A DNA stretch of 64,000 nt from Lama glama (taxonomy: Eukaryota), in assembly GCA_028534125.1 (NCBI GenBank), contig CM052816.1, positions 19,718,001-19,782,000 on the forward strand, read 5' to 3'. Shown in pieces: positions 34,446 through 48,029 of this stretch (position 1 is its first letter; each line of letters starts with the position of its first letter). Under the pieces are notes generated by a model. That model was not told where the DNA came from. It did not search any database and saw nothing but the letters and a program-made list of their open reading frames with translations. Made by a program: the position numbers and the translations under genes.

Positions 34446-36503
34446 CTGAGGAAACATAAGGGAGATTTTTTTTCCACCTTACTCACAGGCAACCACCCCT
34501 GATCTCTCAGCTCTGGGAGGGAGGCTGCCACTGTCTAGCCTGCTCAGGACATCTGGGGGTCAATTCCCAGACCCTGAATGCATCTTTAGGCCTGAGCTGC
34601 AATTCTCTGATCCAAAACATGGGGCCAAGCACAACCCTGGCCCTGTGGCCCCGAGCTGAGCCAGAGTGGGCGGGGAGGGCATCTGCTGAGCTCAGGCTGG
34701 TGATGCCACCTTCCTCTTCTCAGTGTAACCTGGTTGAGTCATGCTATCGCCCCAGGCCCTTCCAACGTGGCTGCTCTCCCCTATGTGTACAGTGCCCCAA
34801 GGCTCGTCAGGGCCTTGTCAAGTCACCAAGTCCATCCCTCAGCCTCCTGTTCAAGGCTTCCTTCCAACAAAGAAACTTTTCAGCCACAAGCACCTGGGCA
34901 AAAAACACCTATCTTGAGACACAAATGACCATTCCTTGAGTAGAGAGAGTTCCAGAAGATTAGCTCTGAGTGGACAGGTAGTCCCTGATGCAGGGCAGTC
35001 CAGCCTGCAGCTGACCCTTGTCCACTTGCTGCATTGGCCCTAATCCAGGCTCACAGCTGCTCTGGTCAAGGCCCCATATGCACTTTGCCAAGCTCGCTCA
35101 GAGATAGAACTTGTCAGGAGAAAGGGCATGGCCTCTGACTCCATTTGGCCAGCTAGGAAGAGCATCGTGGGGCCTGGGAGACCAGCTTGCTTGGTCCATG
35201 GGACAGAACCCACCCTGCAGCCAGTCGGGAAGCGCTTAAAGGATAGGCCGCGTTGCTCCCAGTCCACCCAGGCCCTCTCCTCAGTGTGCTATCCCTCACT
35301 GGCTGTTCCCAGGGTACATCATTCTTCTGGGGCCAAGACCAGGTCTCCTCCTCATCAGGACAGTGTCTTGTTCTGACAATGTCTTCAGCTCAGGTCACAG
35401 TGTCCAGCAGCAAGGACAGATGGCCAGAAGCTGCTGAACTGGAATCCTGGGTCTCACCAGGGTCTTTCTACCTGAGGCTAGCCTGTCTCCAACCAGGTTC
35501 TGTCTTTAAGGCTGAGTTCAGCCTTCATATCAAGCTGCCTGGGCATGACCTGTGGTTCTAGAGCCCCTGCCTATTGTCGGGACTGCCCCTTCTTTTGGCC
35601 TGGGGGTAGCTGTGATCAGACCTCTCTGCTGGCCCGGACCTCCTCCTTTCCTCCTGTCCTTCCTGAGCCTGGTTGTGAAGGAGACCCCGGAAAGCCTGCA
35701 CCAGTCTAGGTCTGTGCATGGATTCTCAGCAGCACTCTGCACCCCAGCCTAGACCGTGAATGCCGTGGTCAGCACGTCCCCAAGGGGCCCAGCCTGAGAG
35801 CCTTTGCTCTGGTACACTGGCCATGTCTGACCTCCTCGCAAATCCTGGCCCCACCCCAGACCTCCCTCCAACCAACCGCCTCCCACCTGGCCCTAAGCTC
35901 AGGCTGTGGCTCTGTGAACTCGTGTTGGGCCCTAGACAGCTGCAATGCCATCAGGATCCCTTTTTTCTGAGGATTTGCTGCCCAGCAGGGCAGAGAGATG
36001 CTGACCAAGTACTGACAGGACAGGCAGCCCTGACCCTGACTTGGGGGTGGTGAGAAGGCTCCCTGGAGAAAGAGGCAGATAAGCCAGATGGGAGTTGATC
36101 ACACAGAGGGACACAGGCTGAGAAGAGGGATCCAGAGTAAGGCCAGGCAGGGGACAGACAGAGTGCAGTTAGTGTCAGGCTCCGAGCCTGACTGAGCCAG
36201 GCCAGCAGTAGCTGTCGGGGGATAGTGGTGGTGGGGAGACCAGGGGGTGTGCGTACTGAGACCAAGGAGTCATCCTGAAGGACCCAGCCCCTCCTCATCT
36301 GCCCCCACAGCTGTCCCATCAGTCCTTCCTGGTGAATGTGACTCCCTCCCATCAGCTCCCTTCACCTCCTGAACACCCCACCATCTTCACCCGGACAACG
36401 AGCAACTCTGACCGTCTGCGACCCTAGAGCAATCTTCTTGAAATAGAAATGTAAGTCTTCTTCAAATGTAAATCCTTCTCCTCCTAAAACCTCCAGTGGA
36501 TTC

Positions 36504-36872
36504 TGTGCTGGGCTGAATAGTGCCCTCTCCCAAAATTTATGTCCACCTGGAACTTCAGATGTAATCAGTTATGATGAGTGAGCCCTAAGTCCAGTGACTA
36601 GTGTCCTTACAAAAGGCCCCGTGAACAAATACTGGGAGAACACCATGTGACGACAGACACAGGAGTCTTAGGTCTACAAGTCACAGAACGCCAAGGGTTG
36701 CCAGCCACCACCAGAAGCCAGGAGAGCGGTGAGGACCAAGTTCTCCCTCAGAGCCTCTAGAAGGACCTCAGAACTGCCAACACCTTGTTCTCAGAACTGT
36801 GAGAAAACACCTTTATGTTGTTTAAAGCTGCTGAGTGTGCAGTGCTTTGCTGCAGGAGCCCTAGGAAACATA
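36504..36872 (+). mobile_element. MaLR solo LTR (MLT1C-like) inserted in L2-like sequence
   Basis: tgtgctgggctgaatagtg...ccaaaatttatgtccacctggaac...ccaagggttgccagccaccaccagaagc...ctccctcagagcctctagaagga...cagaactgtgaga...gccctaggaaac. Confidence 0.85.
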
Positions 36873-38379
36873 GCTTTCTTCCTGCCACGCTTAAAAACCA
36901 GAGCCGCAGCCCAAAGCTGTGCCCGATCTGACTTCCCACTGTCACCTTATGGCCTACATCCTACAGTATTCCAGGCTCGAGTTACACGGCTCTCCAGTAC
37001 CCTTCTTTCTGGGCCCAGCCCACTTCTAACTTGAGGCCTTGATTAAAGCCTTGGCCCCAAATGCTCTTTACCCATCTCTTCCCAAGACTGGACCTTATCC
37101 TGGTATCATGGCTCAAATGTCACCTCCAGAAGGCTTCTCTGTCCACCACGTCTAAGCAGCCCATAATTCTTCTCCTCACACCCGGGTCTCTTTCGTTTCT
37201 AGAGTCACGTGGCCTAGTGTGCATGGGGATAGTGGGGATGAAGAGAGGTGGATGGATTCATGGCTACTCTGCAGGCCTAAAAACAAACCAGTCAATACAT
37301 CCAACCTAGAAACAGATCAGTCAAAGTTTAGCTTTTTAAAAATTTCCCAAGTATGCCTTCCTGGAGGTTATTCTACCCTTAAACCTAACCTCTGAAGATG
37401 AGGTAGGGCTCAGAGTCATAGAGTTTTTTCCCCTAAAAGACCAAGAGTCAGACAATTACTTCCTATTAAAATACAGATGTAATTTCTTTCTTTTTTCCTC
37501 TTTTTTTCTTTGATCAGAAACACTAGAGCAAGGTTTCTCAAGGCTTGCCCAAATGAATTACTGGCCAAGATTACCCCAAGATCCCTGGGGTGGTTGATGG
37601 AAAATAGATTCCCAGATTTGGGGGAATATCAAACTTTCTGGGGTGGGGCCCTCAAATATACATCTTCTATAGCACCATGGAATCTGAGAACTACTGCCCT
37701 AGGCCAGAGGCCTGCAAAGTGAGCTCCATTGGCTACTGAGATCGATAGGTTATCACAGTATAGAAAGAACATATTAGAAAGTCTAGGTTTTTTGGGGGGG
37801 GTGGATCCAATTAGAAATTCTGATTACATTTGTTTTTATAATATACCATGGTAGATATGAATGAGATATTAAAAACACAATATACTGGAGATAAATGTTC
37901 AATTTTTTTCCCTAATAAGGGTACATACACTACATAATCAGTAATATCTGGAGATTCCTGCTATAGAAGATTCTGTGAGAATCCTAACAATGCCAACATT
38001 CTTTGGTTGGTAGTTTGGCCACATTGTGACCCCTTATTCCCACTTCACCCTGGAATTATCAACTACTTCTCTAATTTCTCCCTAAACTCTTGTTAACATA
38101 GCTACATGTTATTGAGTATTATAAAATTCCTCTTCCGTGGTTTTCGGTGAAAAGTATTGACACCACCTTAGAAGCTTACCAGGCTATCAGACTCCTTACA
38201 TTGTTTTTTCTGATTATAAAGATAAAATGTTCTCTTTAAAAAAAAAATCAAAGACTACAAAAATGAATCAAGTGGAAAAGTCCTCCAAATCTAGGGCAAG
38301 GATCAGTAATAAAAGCAGGTTTTACATTTTGATGAAGTTGTTTTGATATTAGCAAGTTTTGTAAAAGAGAACCTGGATG

Positions 38380-39830
38380 TGGGCTGAGGAGGGAAGAGAG
38401 GCAGTTATTCCAGCCAGTTATCTTGAGCTAGAATGGACCAGCATAGGGGGCATTCACGGAGACTGGGGAGGATGTGGGAGGAGCACCTGTGGGCATGCTG
38501 GGCAGAGATGCTGGACTCAGGAGGGAGCTGTGGGCTGGAGCCAGCCTCCTGATGGGGAGCAAAGCTGTGGAGCAGACACACAATGACAGGTCAGGCCTAG
38601 TGTGCTGAACGATCACTGGGACCGAGGAGGACACAGAGAGGGAGCAGAAGAACTGGGTTATCAGAGCGGAATCTGGTCAGAACGTCCACAGGAAAAGTAC
38701 TTCAAGACCAAAGGCATGTTTGATTGTGGCAACCACTGCTGAGAAGGCTAGGGGATGAAGATGGACAAGTGGCCGCTGGACACAGAGAGATGGAGGCTGT
38801 TGGTGGCCTTGGTGGAAGGTTCTGGAATATCGTGGTGGCAGAAGCCTGGCCAGAGTGGGAAGCAAGGAAGTAAGAACAGTAAGGGACAACAGAAGGAGAG
38901 ATGGGGACAAGAGTGGAGAAACTAGACGGACATGTGGAAGGAGGATTTGCTTCTGAAGATGGAAGAAGGTAAAACGGATTCAAACGCTGGAATCCTGGAG
39001 ATGAGGGAGGATTAAGATAGAGACTCCTGTGTTGTGGGGTGTGGGAGAGAGATCCCTGGGAGGGGAGGGGAGAACATGGGAGGAAGGGGCAGAGAATGCA
39101 TACAGAGGGTTCTACTGAGCAAGGAGTTGGAGGGTTCTGGTCTGAGGAATAGGAGGCAAGACTGTCTGCTAGCAAAGGGAGAGCCCTGAGGGAGGTGGGT
39201 AGGGGTGGAGGCAGGTGGTGGGTTGGGGGGCCCAGAATGGTCCCACCAAGGTTGGCTGGCAGGCATCTTGGGGGGATCACCTGCTCACTGCTATAGGATT
39301 GCTCTTGGTGGACAGAGTGGCTCCTCCTGGATGAGGCTGTGCCCAGGGTGTGGCCTTTGCACAGGTGCAAGGGATGGGCAGTGAGCTAATGCCAAACAGG
39401 GAGGGAGTGAAGAAAACAGGACCATGAAGGAGTAACTGAGCGGGGAGAGCAGGAGGCTTTAGTTAAGAAGGGGGATTAGAATATGAAAATGAATATATGA
39501 ATGTGTATGTATGACTGAAACATTTTGCTGTATACCAGAAATCAATATAATGTTGTAAACTGACTATACTTGAATTTTAAAAAATGTGGGAAAAAAACCC
39601 CCAAAACAGAGGGGAATTTGAGGATTCAAGGTGACGACCAAGAGCAGTTCGAGGTGGCAATGGGGTTTGAGTTGGGTGGAGGCACTAACAGGTTGGAAAA
39701 GTCCCAGAGTTGGGAGACATGGGACTGAGGAGCTAGAGTTCTGGAGGCCAAGGCTGCCCAGGACGAGAAAGGATTTGCAGGCAGGTCAAGGAGACCACAA
39801 TCCACACACTGAGGCAGAGTAAACGGGGTG
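38380..39830 (-). mobile_element. Long L2 relic including an ORF2 reverse-transcriptase remnant
   Basis: Minus-strand 38715-38815 reads TKATNSLHLSVSSGHLSIFIPLAFSAVVATIKH, resembling L2/CR1 RT (KVTNDL...S.LILLDLSAAFDTVDH). The plus strand is purine-rich. Confidence 0.65.
39480..39600 (+). mobile_element. Short L1 3' end nested in the L2
   Basis: gaatatatgaatgtgtatgtatgactgaaacattttgctgtataccagaaatcaatataatgttgtaaactgactatact plus an A-rich tail. Confidence 0.75.
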
Positions 39831-42800
39831 TGACCAACTGACAAGGAAGCAGGTGGCAAGCGTGAGGGAGGGCAGGATCTTCCTCTCCCCGGGAGAGCTA
39901 TGGGAAATGAGGCCACGGGGAATTCTACACATCTGCCCTCTGGGGAGTGTGTGTGAGAGCTGCCCCTGCCCTCTTGGCTCCTCGCAGGCCAGGTCAAGCC
40001 TTCAATAAACTCCTGGTAACCAGACCCAGAGCCAGAGGCAGTGAGGCTCCGTGTAGCCCAAACTGCCAACACGGTTGCTAGGGGACACCAGCCAGCGTTT
40101 GTTGGGCTGATCGCTGGATCATCAGTGCTGCAATTTTTTTGTCAGCTGTGAATAACTCCGGGAGGCTGCAGTGGTCATGCCTTCCCATGCCATCTGCCAG
40201 GGCTGAGGCCTATGGCTGAAATTTTAGGAAAGCACATCTTCTAGGCTGACCATAAAATGGGATTTCATGCTGGTGGCGGCAGCACGGCTCCAGCTCCTGC
40301 TTCTCTCAGCAAAATCCATGCCTAGCCTTGGGAAGCAAATCGGGGAGGATGCTGTGATTCCTGGACCCGAACAATGGGCTTGCCCTTTCGGTCTTCCCTG
40401 GAGCCTGCCCTCTAAGCAGCCCACCCTTCTAAGAGCCAGAGCAGCTTATTATCATCACTAGCAATGGAGGACAGTGTGCTAAGCTCCGTCCCCAATTTTT
40501 CCTGTGACTGAAGGTTACCTAGAGTCTTATTCCCATTTTATAGACAAGGAAACTGAAACTCAGAAGGTACAGAGCTGGGAAGTGCTGGGGCTCGATGCAG
40601 ACTTAGGCTACCCACCGCCTCAGTCTCAACCCCTACCCTGCATCCCCAGTGGATCCAGCCCAAGCTGGCCTGGTGCCCAGTGACAGGCTGGACACTCTCA
40701 GCCGTTGGCACTAGGCCATGGTCAGAGACCAGGGCTGCTAGCCAGGCCGCCAAGTGTCATGGGCCTTTGCCGAAAGCCTCCCCCATGGCATAGTTCTAGG
40801 CTGTGTTCACTCACTCAAGCCACCAACGCATGGCCATGAAAGGCCCGAGGCTGGACCTGGAGGGGGTCAATTGGGCATATAGCTGTCTCTGACTTCCTCT
40901 CCTCAGCCTGCCAGGGCTGTGCACTCAGCTGGTGCCACGCCAGCCCAGCGTGGAGGCTGCGGGACAAGCAGCATTTTGACAGGAACCTCCTGAGCCCTAA
41001 GGACCTGCAAAGACTTCAAGGCTGGCCCTGCCTCCTCTTCCTGGGAGAAGAGTGGGCCAACTCACACCTGACTTTGGAGAGCTCTGTTCCCCAACCAGAG
41101 GGGTCTGTGCAAAAGCTCTGGTTGCCCAGGAACCCCAGAGCTGCCTCAGCAGGTTTACTGGCATCCCAGCCCTTGACAGTCTCTGCCCTTGACACCACCT
41201 GTACCAGCTGACAATGGGGTTGAAAGGGTGGGGGACTGATATGGCCCGGAAATGTACAGAATAAGCCAACAACTCTCTGACAAACCCTTCCCCACATTTA
41301 GGCCCCAATTCAACTCAACCCTAGAAAGCACACATTCCTCTAAGGTTTTCTTCATCTCTCTGAGCCCTAGCTTCCCCATATGCTCTTTAGGGATGGAAGT
41401 ATCTACCTCTCATCTTTTTTTCCAGGAGGATGGTTAAACAGGTGAGTCCATCCTCTGACCTACCCACACAGCCTAGCCAGGGCGAGACGTGTGGGCTGAC
41501 CAGCACAGACCAGGGAGGTGGGATGTGATGAGTCTTTTGGAAACAAAAGGAATGTAAATGCAGGCTGTCTGTTCTGGAGACCCTAAGGGTAAAGACTTGG
41601 GGGTGACCTGAGGACAACTGTGGAAGCAACTTTGGTCTCAGGAGGGTTTGTACTTGACAGCCCTGCCACATAAGACAGGAGGCTGGGCTGCCCAGGAAGT
41701 GGGAACTGCAATCTGGGTAGCCTTGCTCTCTGTCCTGGCTGGAGTCATGGACATCAGGGCAGATGAGTGGGGTGAAGAGGAGTGGAGAAGCTGGGTTCAC
41801 GTTCAGAGCCTCCACCTCATGCCTCCCCTGCTCCCCTCTCTATAACATCTGCTGAGTTGCTTTAACCATTCTATAGACTTGCCAACTGAGAGACATCTAA
41901 GTGAAACAGCCCTCTCAAGTCACACAAAGTCCCCTCAATGCTTCCACCCAGGACTGTTTCCTAGCATGGCCTGGGGGGAGGATGGGCATGTGTGTCTGTG
42001 TCCACGGAGGACACCCTGACATGACCTCCCATACTCTGGAAACCTAGAACTGAATGTCCCAGAGAGGAGAGGCCTGAATAGCACCTGGGGTTCACAGGAC
42101 TGTCTCAAGGATCTAGAACACCCTGCTTCACCGTTGGGTTGCCCCCAACTTGAGGGAGGCCCGGGAGGGGGGCCAGAAAAGCCAAGTTTGAGGGCTATTC
42201 TACAAAAGGCAGGACCCACTCACCATTCTGGGAGGAGCAGGAGGGATTAGAGGCTTTGAGGGGCCTCTATGCTCTAGGAAGGTCCTCAACCTCCACAGCC
42301 CAGCCCCAAACCATGGAGTGTGCACACCTTCCTCATCTCGCTAAGCCCCCACAGCTATGGCCCAGCACCAAGGCAAGATCACCTGCCTCCCTGTACACAG
42401 CTGAGGGGTTTTGGCCAACCCACTCACTCCATCCAGGCCCTGTGATTCCACCTCCTGGATGAGGGTTTAGAAGTGGCAGCCACAGCAGGACAGTCCCTGC
42501 TTAAAATGCTTCTGCAGCTTCCAGACACACTTTGGTCCACCCATCCAACCCCATCCTTCTTCCCACACAAGCAGCTGCTGGTCTCCAGGCCACCCTCACA
42601 TCCTTGTGCCTCTGTTCACAATGTTCCCTCTATACAGCCCTCCTCCACCCCTCGGGAACTGTGTTCACAACTCTCCTCCCTGCTTTGGCCCAGCACATGC
42701 TTGTTGGGCTGATTCAACTAGCTTGTGATTCCCACTTCCTCCCCTGCCTCCGATTCTAAGTAAAGTTCATGTGCTGGGACCAGGCAGGGCCCGCAGAGAC

Positions 42801-43103
42801 CACTAGCAGTTAGAAGCCTGGGTCCCTGTCCTGGCTCTGCTGTCTCCCATCCCCACAGGCCCTCACCCTTCACCAGGTCTGCAAAAGGGTTGGGACAAGA
42901 GCACTCAAGAGACCTGAGAGCTGGAACCTCCCTTGTTCTGCAAAGAATCAATGACCCGAGACCCGGAGGCCCTCAGTGCCCTGGCTGGTGCTCAGTTCGA
43001 ATCCTGGTGCACCAGGGCTGCTCTAGGGCAGTGAATCAGGGGTGGAAAGGCCTCCTGGGATGCCCACCTGGCAGGCAGCTGGGCGGGTGGCAGGGGCACT
43101 CAC

Positions 43104-43568
43104 CCTCTCCAGGTCCTGTCGCAGGTGTGTGAAGAGCTTCAGGCGGCGGTAGAGGACGTCCTGCTCCTGCTGGGCCAGGTTGTCCACCTCGTCAGTCTTG
43201 GGCGTTAGAAGCGGCTGGTTGGCATTGGCTTTCCTCTTCAGCTTCCAGTACTGGTAGATGAAGTCGACCAGCGCCTCAGCCAGGTCCAGGCGCTCAGCCA
43301 CCTCGGCTGGCTCCACCAGCTCGTAGAAGTCTTCCTCCAGCTGCTGCAGCCGCTGCTTGCGTAGGGTCACCTTCTCCATGTCCTCGCTGGCTGGGCTGGT
43401 CTCCGCAGGCTCAGAAGTGGTTTCACCCCGTGGGCACCCATCACTGTGCTCCTGGCAGAACGACTTGAACTTGACCTCGTCATTGTCTGCTAATATAGTC
43501 CGCATTTCCAGGCTGTGGTCAAAGGCGCATGTGACATGGAATGCTGTGACGCAGGAAGGCATGGAACA
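43104..43568 (-). CDS. JADE2: JADE2 coding exon (465 bp): [18 protein letters not shown]...[15 protein letters not shown]...[10 protein letters not shown], end of extended PHD2
   Basis: ctccag|TGTTCC...GAGAGG|gtgagt; ORF 43023..43712. Confidence 0.98.
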
Positions 43569-44227
43569 CTGGAGGGAGAGCAAGGGCAGTGTCAGGTAGG
43601 AAGGGAGCCCTGGTGGGAGGGAAGAAGGAAGGGGGGCTCCATCTCCCAGGGTTACACTGAGAATGCAGAACGCCGGTGAGACCCTAGACAAAATGGCATG
43701 GCCTCCCAACATCCTGCAGAGTGTGGAGAGAGCTAGAGCAGGTGGGAAGGGGGTGCTCTCAGGGAGCTGGAAAGGAAATGGGGTTCAGCACCACATCCCG
43801 TGGGGAAGTCAACAGATGACTGAACAACCTCTCTGGGGACAAGCTGCATTTCTGTGTGGGCGAGTGACTTTGGAATCAGAGGCATCAAAAGAAAAAGGCT
43901 GTTGATGGGTCCCTGCCTCCTGTACTCCTGCAACGTTATCCAAGATGGGGGGTTATGCCTCTTCTTTGTTCTCCAGGAAGAGGGGCTGGAGTTAGGTCCC
44001 TTCCTTCTTTTCTTGTCCAGGCACCATGGACCAACTCAGGGCCTAAGTTGCCTGGAATGATGGCTGTGCGCAGCTGACAACTGTTTCAAGCAATAACCCA
44101 CCCAAATATTAGTGACCATTTATGCTGCACTCAAAAGCAATCTTACAAATGGGTGGAGGCAAATCTAGTGTTTGCAATGACAACTGTTCCTGGAGAGAAA
44201 GGATGACCCTCCCACCTCCCAGCCTAT

Positions 44228-44381
44228 AGACCAGTAGCCTCAGGATCACATGGGAATTTGCTAGAAATATGCAAATTCTTATCCCCACTCCAGATCTACT
44301 CAATCAGGACCTCTGGGGGTAGACTCAGCAAACTGTGTTTTACCAAGTCCTCTGGGTGATGCTGATACCCAGGGAACTGCT
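44228..44381. mobile_element. MER5A hAT-Charlie MITE
   Basis: atcacatgggaatttgctagaaatatgcaaattctt...ccagatctactcaatcag...tgtgttttaccaagtcctctgggtgatgctgat. Confidence 0.8.
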
Positions 44382-44808
44382 GTTATCAACAGACTAACAC
44401 AGCCCAGCCCTGTGCAGGGAGAGCCCGATAGCTTAGCTGGAGGCAAAGTTGATTCCTACCCCTCCACATGTCAAGTTTGATGTCAGAAGTGAGGTCAATG
44501 TATTTATTAAGCCCAAAGACACTCTTAGGGAGTGCCAGAGTCCTCAGCACTGCAACAGGGTGGTGAGCCTGGCTCCTGAAGCCCGTACCCCGTGCCTAGA
44601 AGAACTCGGAATGGAGGAATGCCGGTCGGATAGGGTTCTGACTCTGGTCCCAGTCCCAGGCCCGTAAGTGGTTCTATCCACAGCACCATGGGAGCATGTG
44701 GAGGGTGGTGGCAGTAGCCTGCTTTATAGGGTGTCCCAGGCGTGCCCCTCTGTGTAGCTGGCTCTTGCATGGGCTCCCAGGCAGTGGTGGGGTGAAGGGG
44801 CTATGTAC

Positions 44809-44925
44809 CTGGATGCAGGTGCCTGTGCACTCCTTGCAGAGGCTGCAGGACAGAGCCCAGCGGCTGGCTGGGATATGCGAGATCTTGGTGATGGGCTCCA
44901 TCTTCTCGGGGCACCCGATGCTGAC
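44809..44925 (-). CDS. JADE2: JADE2 coding exon (117 bp): [39 protein letters not shown]
   Basis: cccag|GTCAGC...ATCCAG|gtacat; in frame. Confidence 0.97.
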
Positions 44926-46381
44926 CTGGGCAGGATACAGGGAGCTGCATCAGGCCTCTCATCCCCAGCCTGCCTCCAAGGATCTGCCAAATTGGGGGCT
45001 GTCTGCGGAAACCAGGCAGTGGGCACACAGGGCATTGGGAGAGTACCAAGTCCTTCCTGACTTCTCAAGTTGACCACTGAGTGCGTGTTTGTGTGAGCTC
45101 ACCAGTGGCAAGGCTTAAATTGTGACTGGGAAGTGCACATTAGTGCATGTAACTGACTGGAGGGTGTGCCTGTGACCCTGTGGGACTCAAGACAAAGATG
45201 CTTCCACATGCATGCGTAAATGAGTCCTCCCTCTTCTGGCCTTTGTTAGCAGCATCTTCAGAGTTCTTACTGTAACTTGTGTTTTACTTACTTTGCTGGG
45301 TGGCAACTATAGACCCCCAAGGCAGGATTTCTACTTGGGAGCCTCCAGGGCTTTCCTAACGTGCCTTTGTTTAGCCCCTCCTATGGGAACAGGCTTATAA
45401 CCACACCTGCTTCCTGAGTACAGCCCACCCCTCAGGCCCAGAGGAAGGATACATTGGCCTTCCCACTGCCCATGCCTGAGGAAGGAAAGGGCCCCTGTCC
45501 AGAGGTCTGAACCAAAGGGCCGCCATGGAAGATCCTTGTTGGTTCTTTATGTCTCTGCTGTGCTCAGCCTAGACTACACTCAGAGGCAGTCCCAGCCTTC
45601 AAGATGCTGACGTGGGAACCAGTGACTACTGCTGACATAACCACTATGATCACACAAGCCTGTGAAGTGGGTCCCAGCAAGGATTTTCAGATTGCAAGCC
45701 CAGGAAGGGGAGGGGCCACCTGCTGACAGGGCCACCTGGCTTGCTTCTGGGAACAGGCAGCACTCGAGTGGGGCCTCATTCTAGGTCAGGGCACACAGCA
45801 GGGCTGCGGCTGACACTCCAGCAAATGTCAGCATTTCTCATTTCAAATATAATGGGAGCCCAGAGCCTCTGCATACTCACTGTGGGCCCCGCCCACTGCG
45901 CAAGGTCCTTCCCCATCTGAACTCAGACCCAGGCGCACCCCTCCATCCCAGCCACAGCTCCACTATCAAACTTTTAATCAGGCTCCCCGACTGATTTCCT
46001 TTTAGGTCATTTGGCTTGTTTTGTTTTAAATGAACACCTGACTTTGGTTGGGACCACTGCCCAAATTTGGCTAGACCCACAACCTGCTTTCCACATAGTC
46101 AGCTGCCTGACCTCCGTCCAGCTCTCACACCCACCACCTGGATTCCCCCAGTGGCTCAGAATCCCATTTTCTCATGAAAACCACCACCTGAGTTCTGCCC
46201 AAGTCCACAGGTAAATTCCCTGTGGGCTGCTTCCCGAGTTCTTCCCAGTCTCACCACCTGAGATCCCCAACTTAATGTGGTCCATCACCTTCTTTTTCCA
46301 GTGCTCTGCCACCTGCGTTCTGTTCAGACCCACTTCCCCAAGGCTGTGCCCCGGAGCTGCCCCACTCCCACAGCTGCCCAC

Positions 46382-46549
46382 CTCAGGAATCCACAGAGCG
46401 CAGCTGACGTGCACCCACTTGGTCCCACTTCTAGTGGGCTTCAAGGCTCCTCCTCGCTTGGGGCAGAGCAGGCACTTTGGCTGGACACCCAGGGCACACG
46501 TCCGGCACAGCCAGCTGCCTGTGGGCACCTTGAGGATCCCGTAGCATGC
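46382..46549 (-). CDS. JADE2: JADE2 coding exon (168 bp): [59 protein letters not shown]1 end and Zn-knuckle
   Basis: ctccccag|GCATGC...CCTGAG|gtgggc. Confidence 0.98.
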
Positions 46550-47214
46550 CTGGGGAGAGAGCAGGGTGGTCTCAGGTCAGAGGCATTGACCAATCTGCAT
46601 CTGGTTAGCATTCAGCTGCAAATGGTCCCACCTCAGTCTGAGCTAGGAGCTCAGCAGTATGAGGTGAGTGACACAGCTACTCATCTCCTGAGCTCTTGAG
46701 AAGCTCCTTGCCTATGTTGTGCACTGAAATGTCACATGTTCCAGTCCTCTGTGAAAGGGCTAAGCTCTGCCCTCTTCTGGGAGGACAGTCACTGATCAGA
46801 GCTTCCTGATCAGTATCATGAACGCCCTTAAACTGAATACAAACTTGGGGATGTACACTGCCTGAGGACAAGGCCCAGAGCTTTCATCTTTCTTCACAGT
46901 GAGCAGGGATCCTTCTGGGCATCCTGAGGGCTTCTGGATCTAACAACTGCTGGGTGTAAGGGATGTGGATGAATGAGGAGGGTGCTACACTGCCTACCCA
47001 CCTGCCAGCTGGGGGAAGCCCCTCTGAGCTCCACAGGTGCTATTCCAGCAGAAGTGGGTAAGGGAGGGCCTCAAAGTCAGGGCCAGAGTGGGTCCACTGA
47101 GTTCCAGTCAGGTCTGCTACACCTACAAACAAGGCCCAGAGATGCCCAAGACCCAGAGCCTTGGGGCTCAAGATTAAGAGTCAGGCCGCACTCAGTTTAT
47201 GATACCAATATTAG

Positions 47215-47485
47215 TAACAAACATGTACAGCCCTTACTATACTGTTCTAACCCAAGACTCATAGCAAGGAACTTAATCCTTACTTAGAATTTACTCCTTA
47301 AGACTTAAGACTCATAGTAAGGAACTTAATCTTTACTTAAAACTTAACTTTACTTATACCTGAGGAAAAAGAGGCTCAGAGAGGTTAAGAAACATGCCCA
47401 AAGCCACACAGCTTGTAGAGGCAGAGCCATCATTTGAAACCAGGCAGCCTGGCTCCATGCTTTGCTCTCAACCACTACACTGTGC
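47215..47485 (-). mobile_element. MIR relic with an internal ~53-bp tandem duplication
   Basis: tgaggaaaaagaggctcagagaggttaagaaacatgcccaaagccacacagc...tttgaaaccaggcagcctggctcca. Confidence 0.75.
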
Positions 47486-47817
47486 TGTCTCTTTGTAAGT
47501 TCAGGATGGTGAGGCGCAGAGGAGGAGGGATGGGTAGGGTGTTCTGTGGGGAAAGTGAGGGAGGCCGACGGGAGAGGACAGAAGGACCATCCAATGGGTG
47601 TTTACTCAAGTCTGGAGGAGGGGGCTGAACCAAGGGACCCTGGGTGTTCCTGGCACCATGGGCACTCACACCACTCCCTTCCTCCCCCCTTGCCCTCCTT
47701 CCTAGGGGCTGTGCCACAGTTTTGCTGCACCCCTACAGCCGGGATAACCAGCTGCAGGCGGGGGCCTGCCCACACAGCATGAGTACAGGGTGGTGTTGGA
47801 GTAGGGGGGCTGCCCAC

Positions 47818-48029
47818 CTGGTGCACGCAGACATTACATTTGTCACAGAAGACCATTTCGTTGCCATCTTCACCCTCGGGGGAGCGGCACACATCACAGA
47901 CGACGTCCTCATCATACTCGATGCCCAGCCCCTCCTGTGTCTCGATGGCCCGCGCCATATTCTGGTGGCACAGCGTCTCTAGCTCCTCCAGCACACGCTC
48001 TAGGGTCAGTTCGTCCAGCTCTGGCCTCT
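47818..48029 (-). CDS. JADE2: JADE2 coding exon (212 bp): [24 protein letters not shown]...[33 protein letters not shown]1
   Basis: ctcacag|AGAGG...CACCAG|gtgggc. Confidence 0.98.

Noticed and set aside
43023..43103. JADE1S-like short isoform by read-through after QDLERV (…[26 protein letters not shown])
   Set aside because: It is the junction I recall for JADE1S, but I found no minus-strand AATAAA nearby in this intron and the donor (AGG|gtgagt) is strong.
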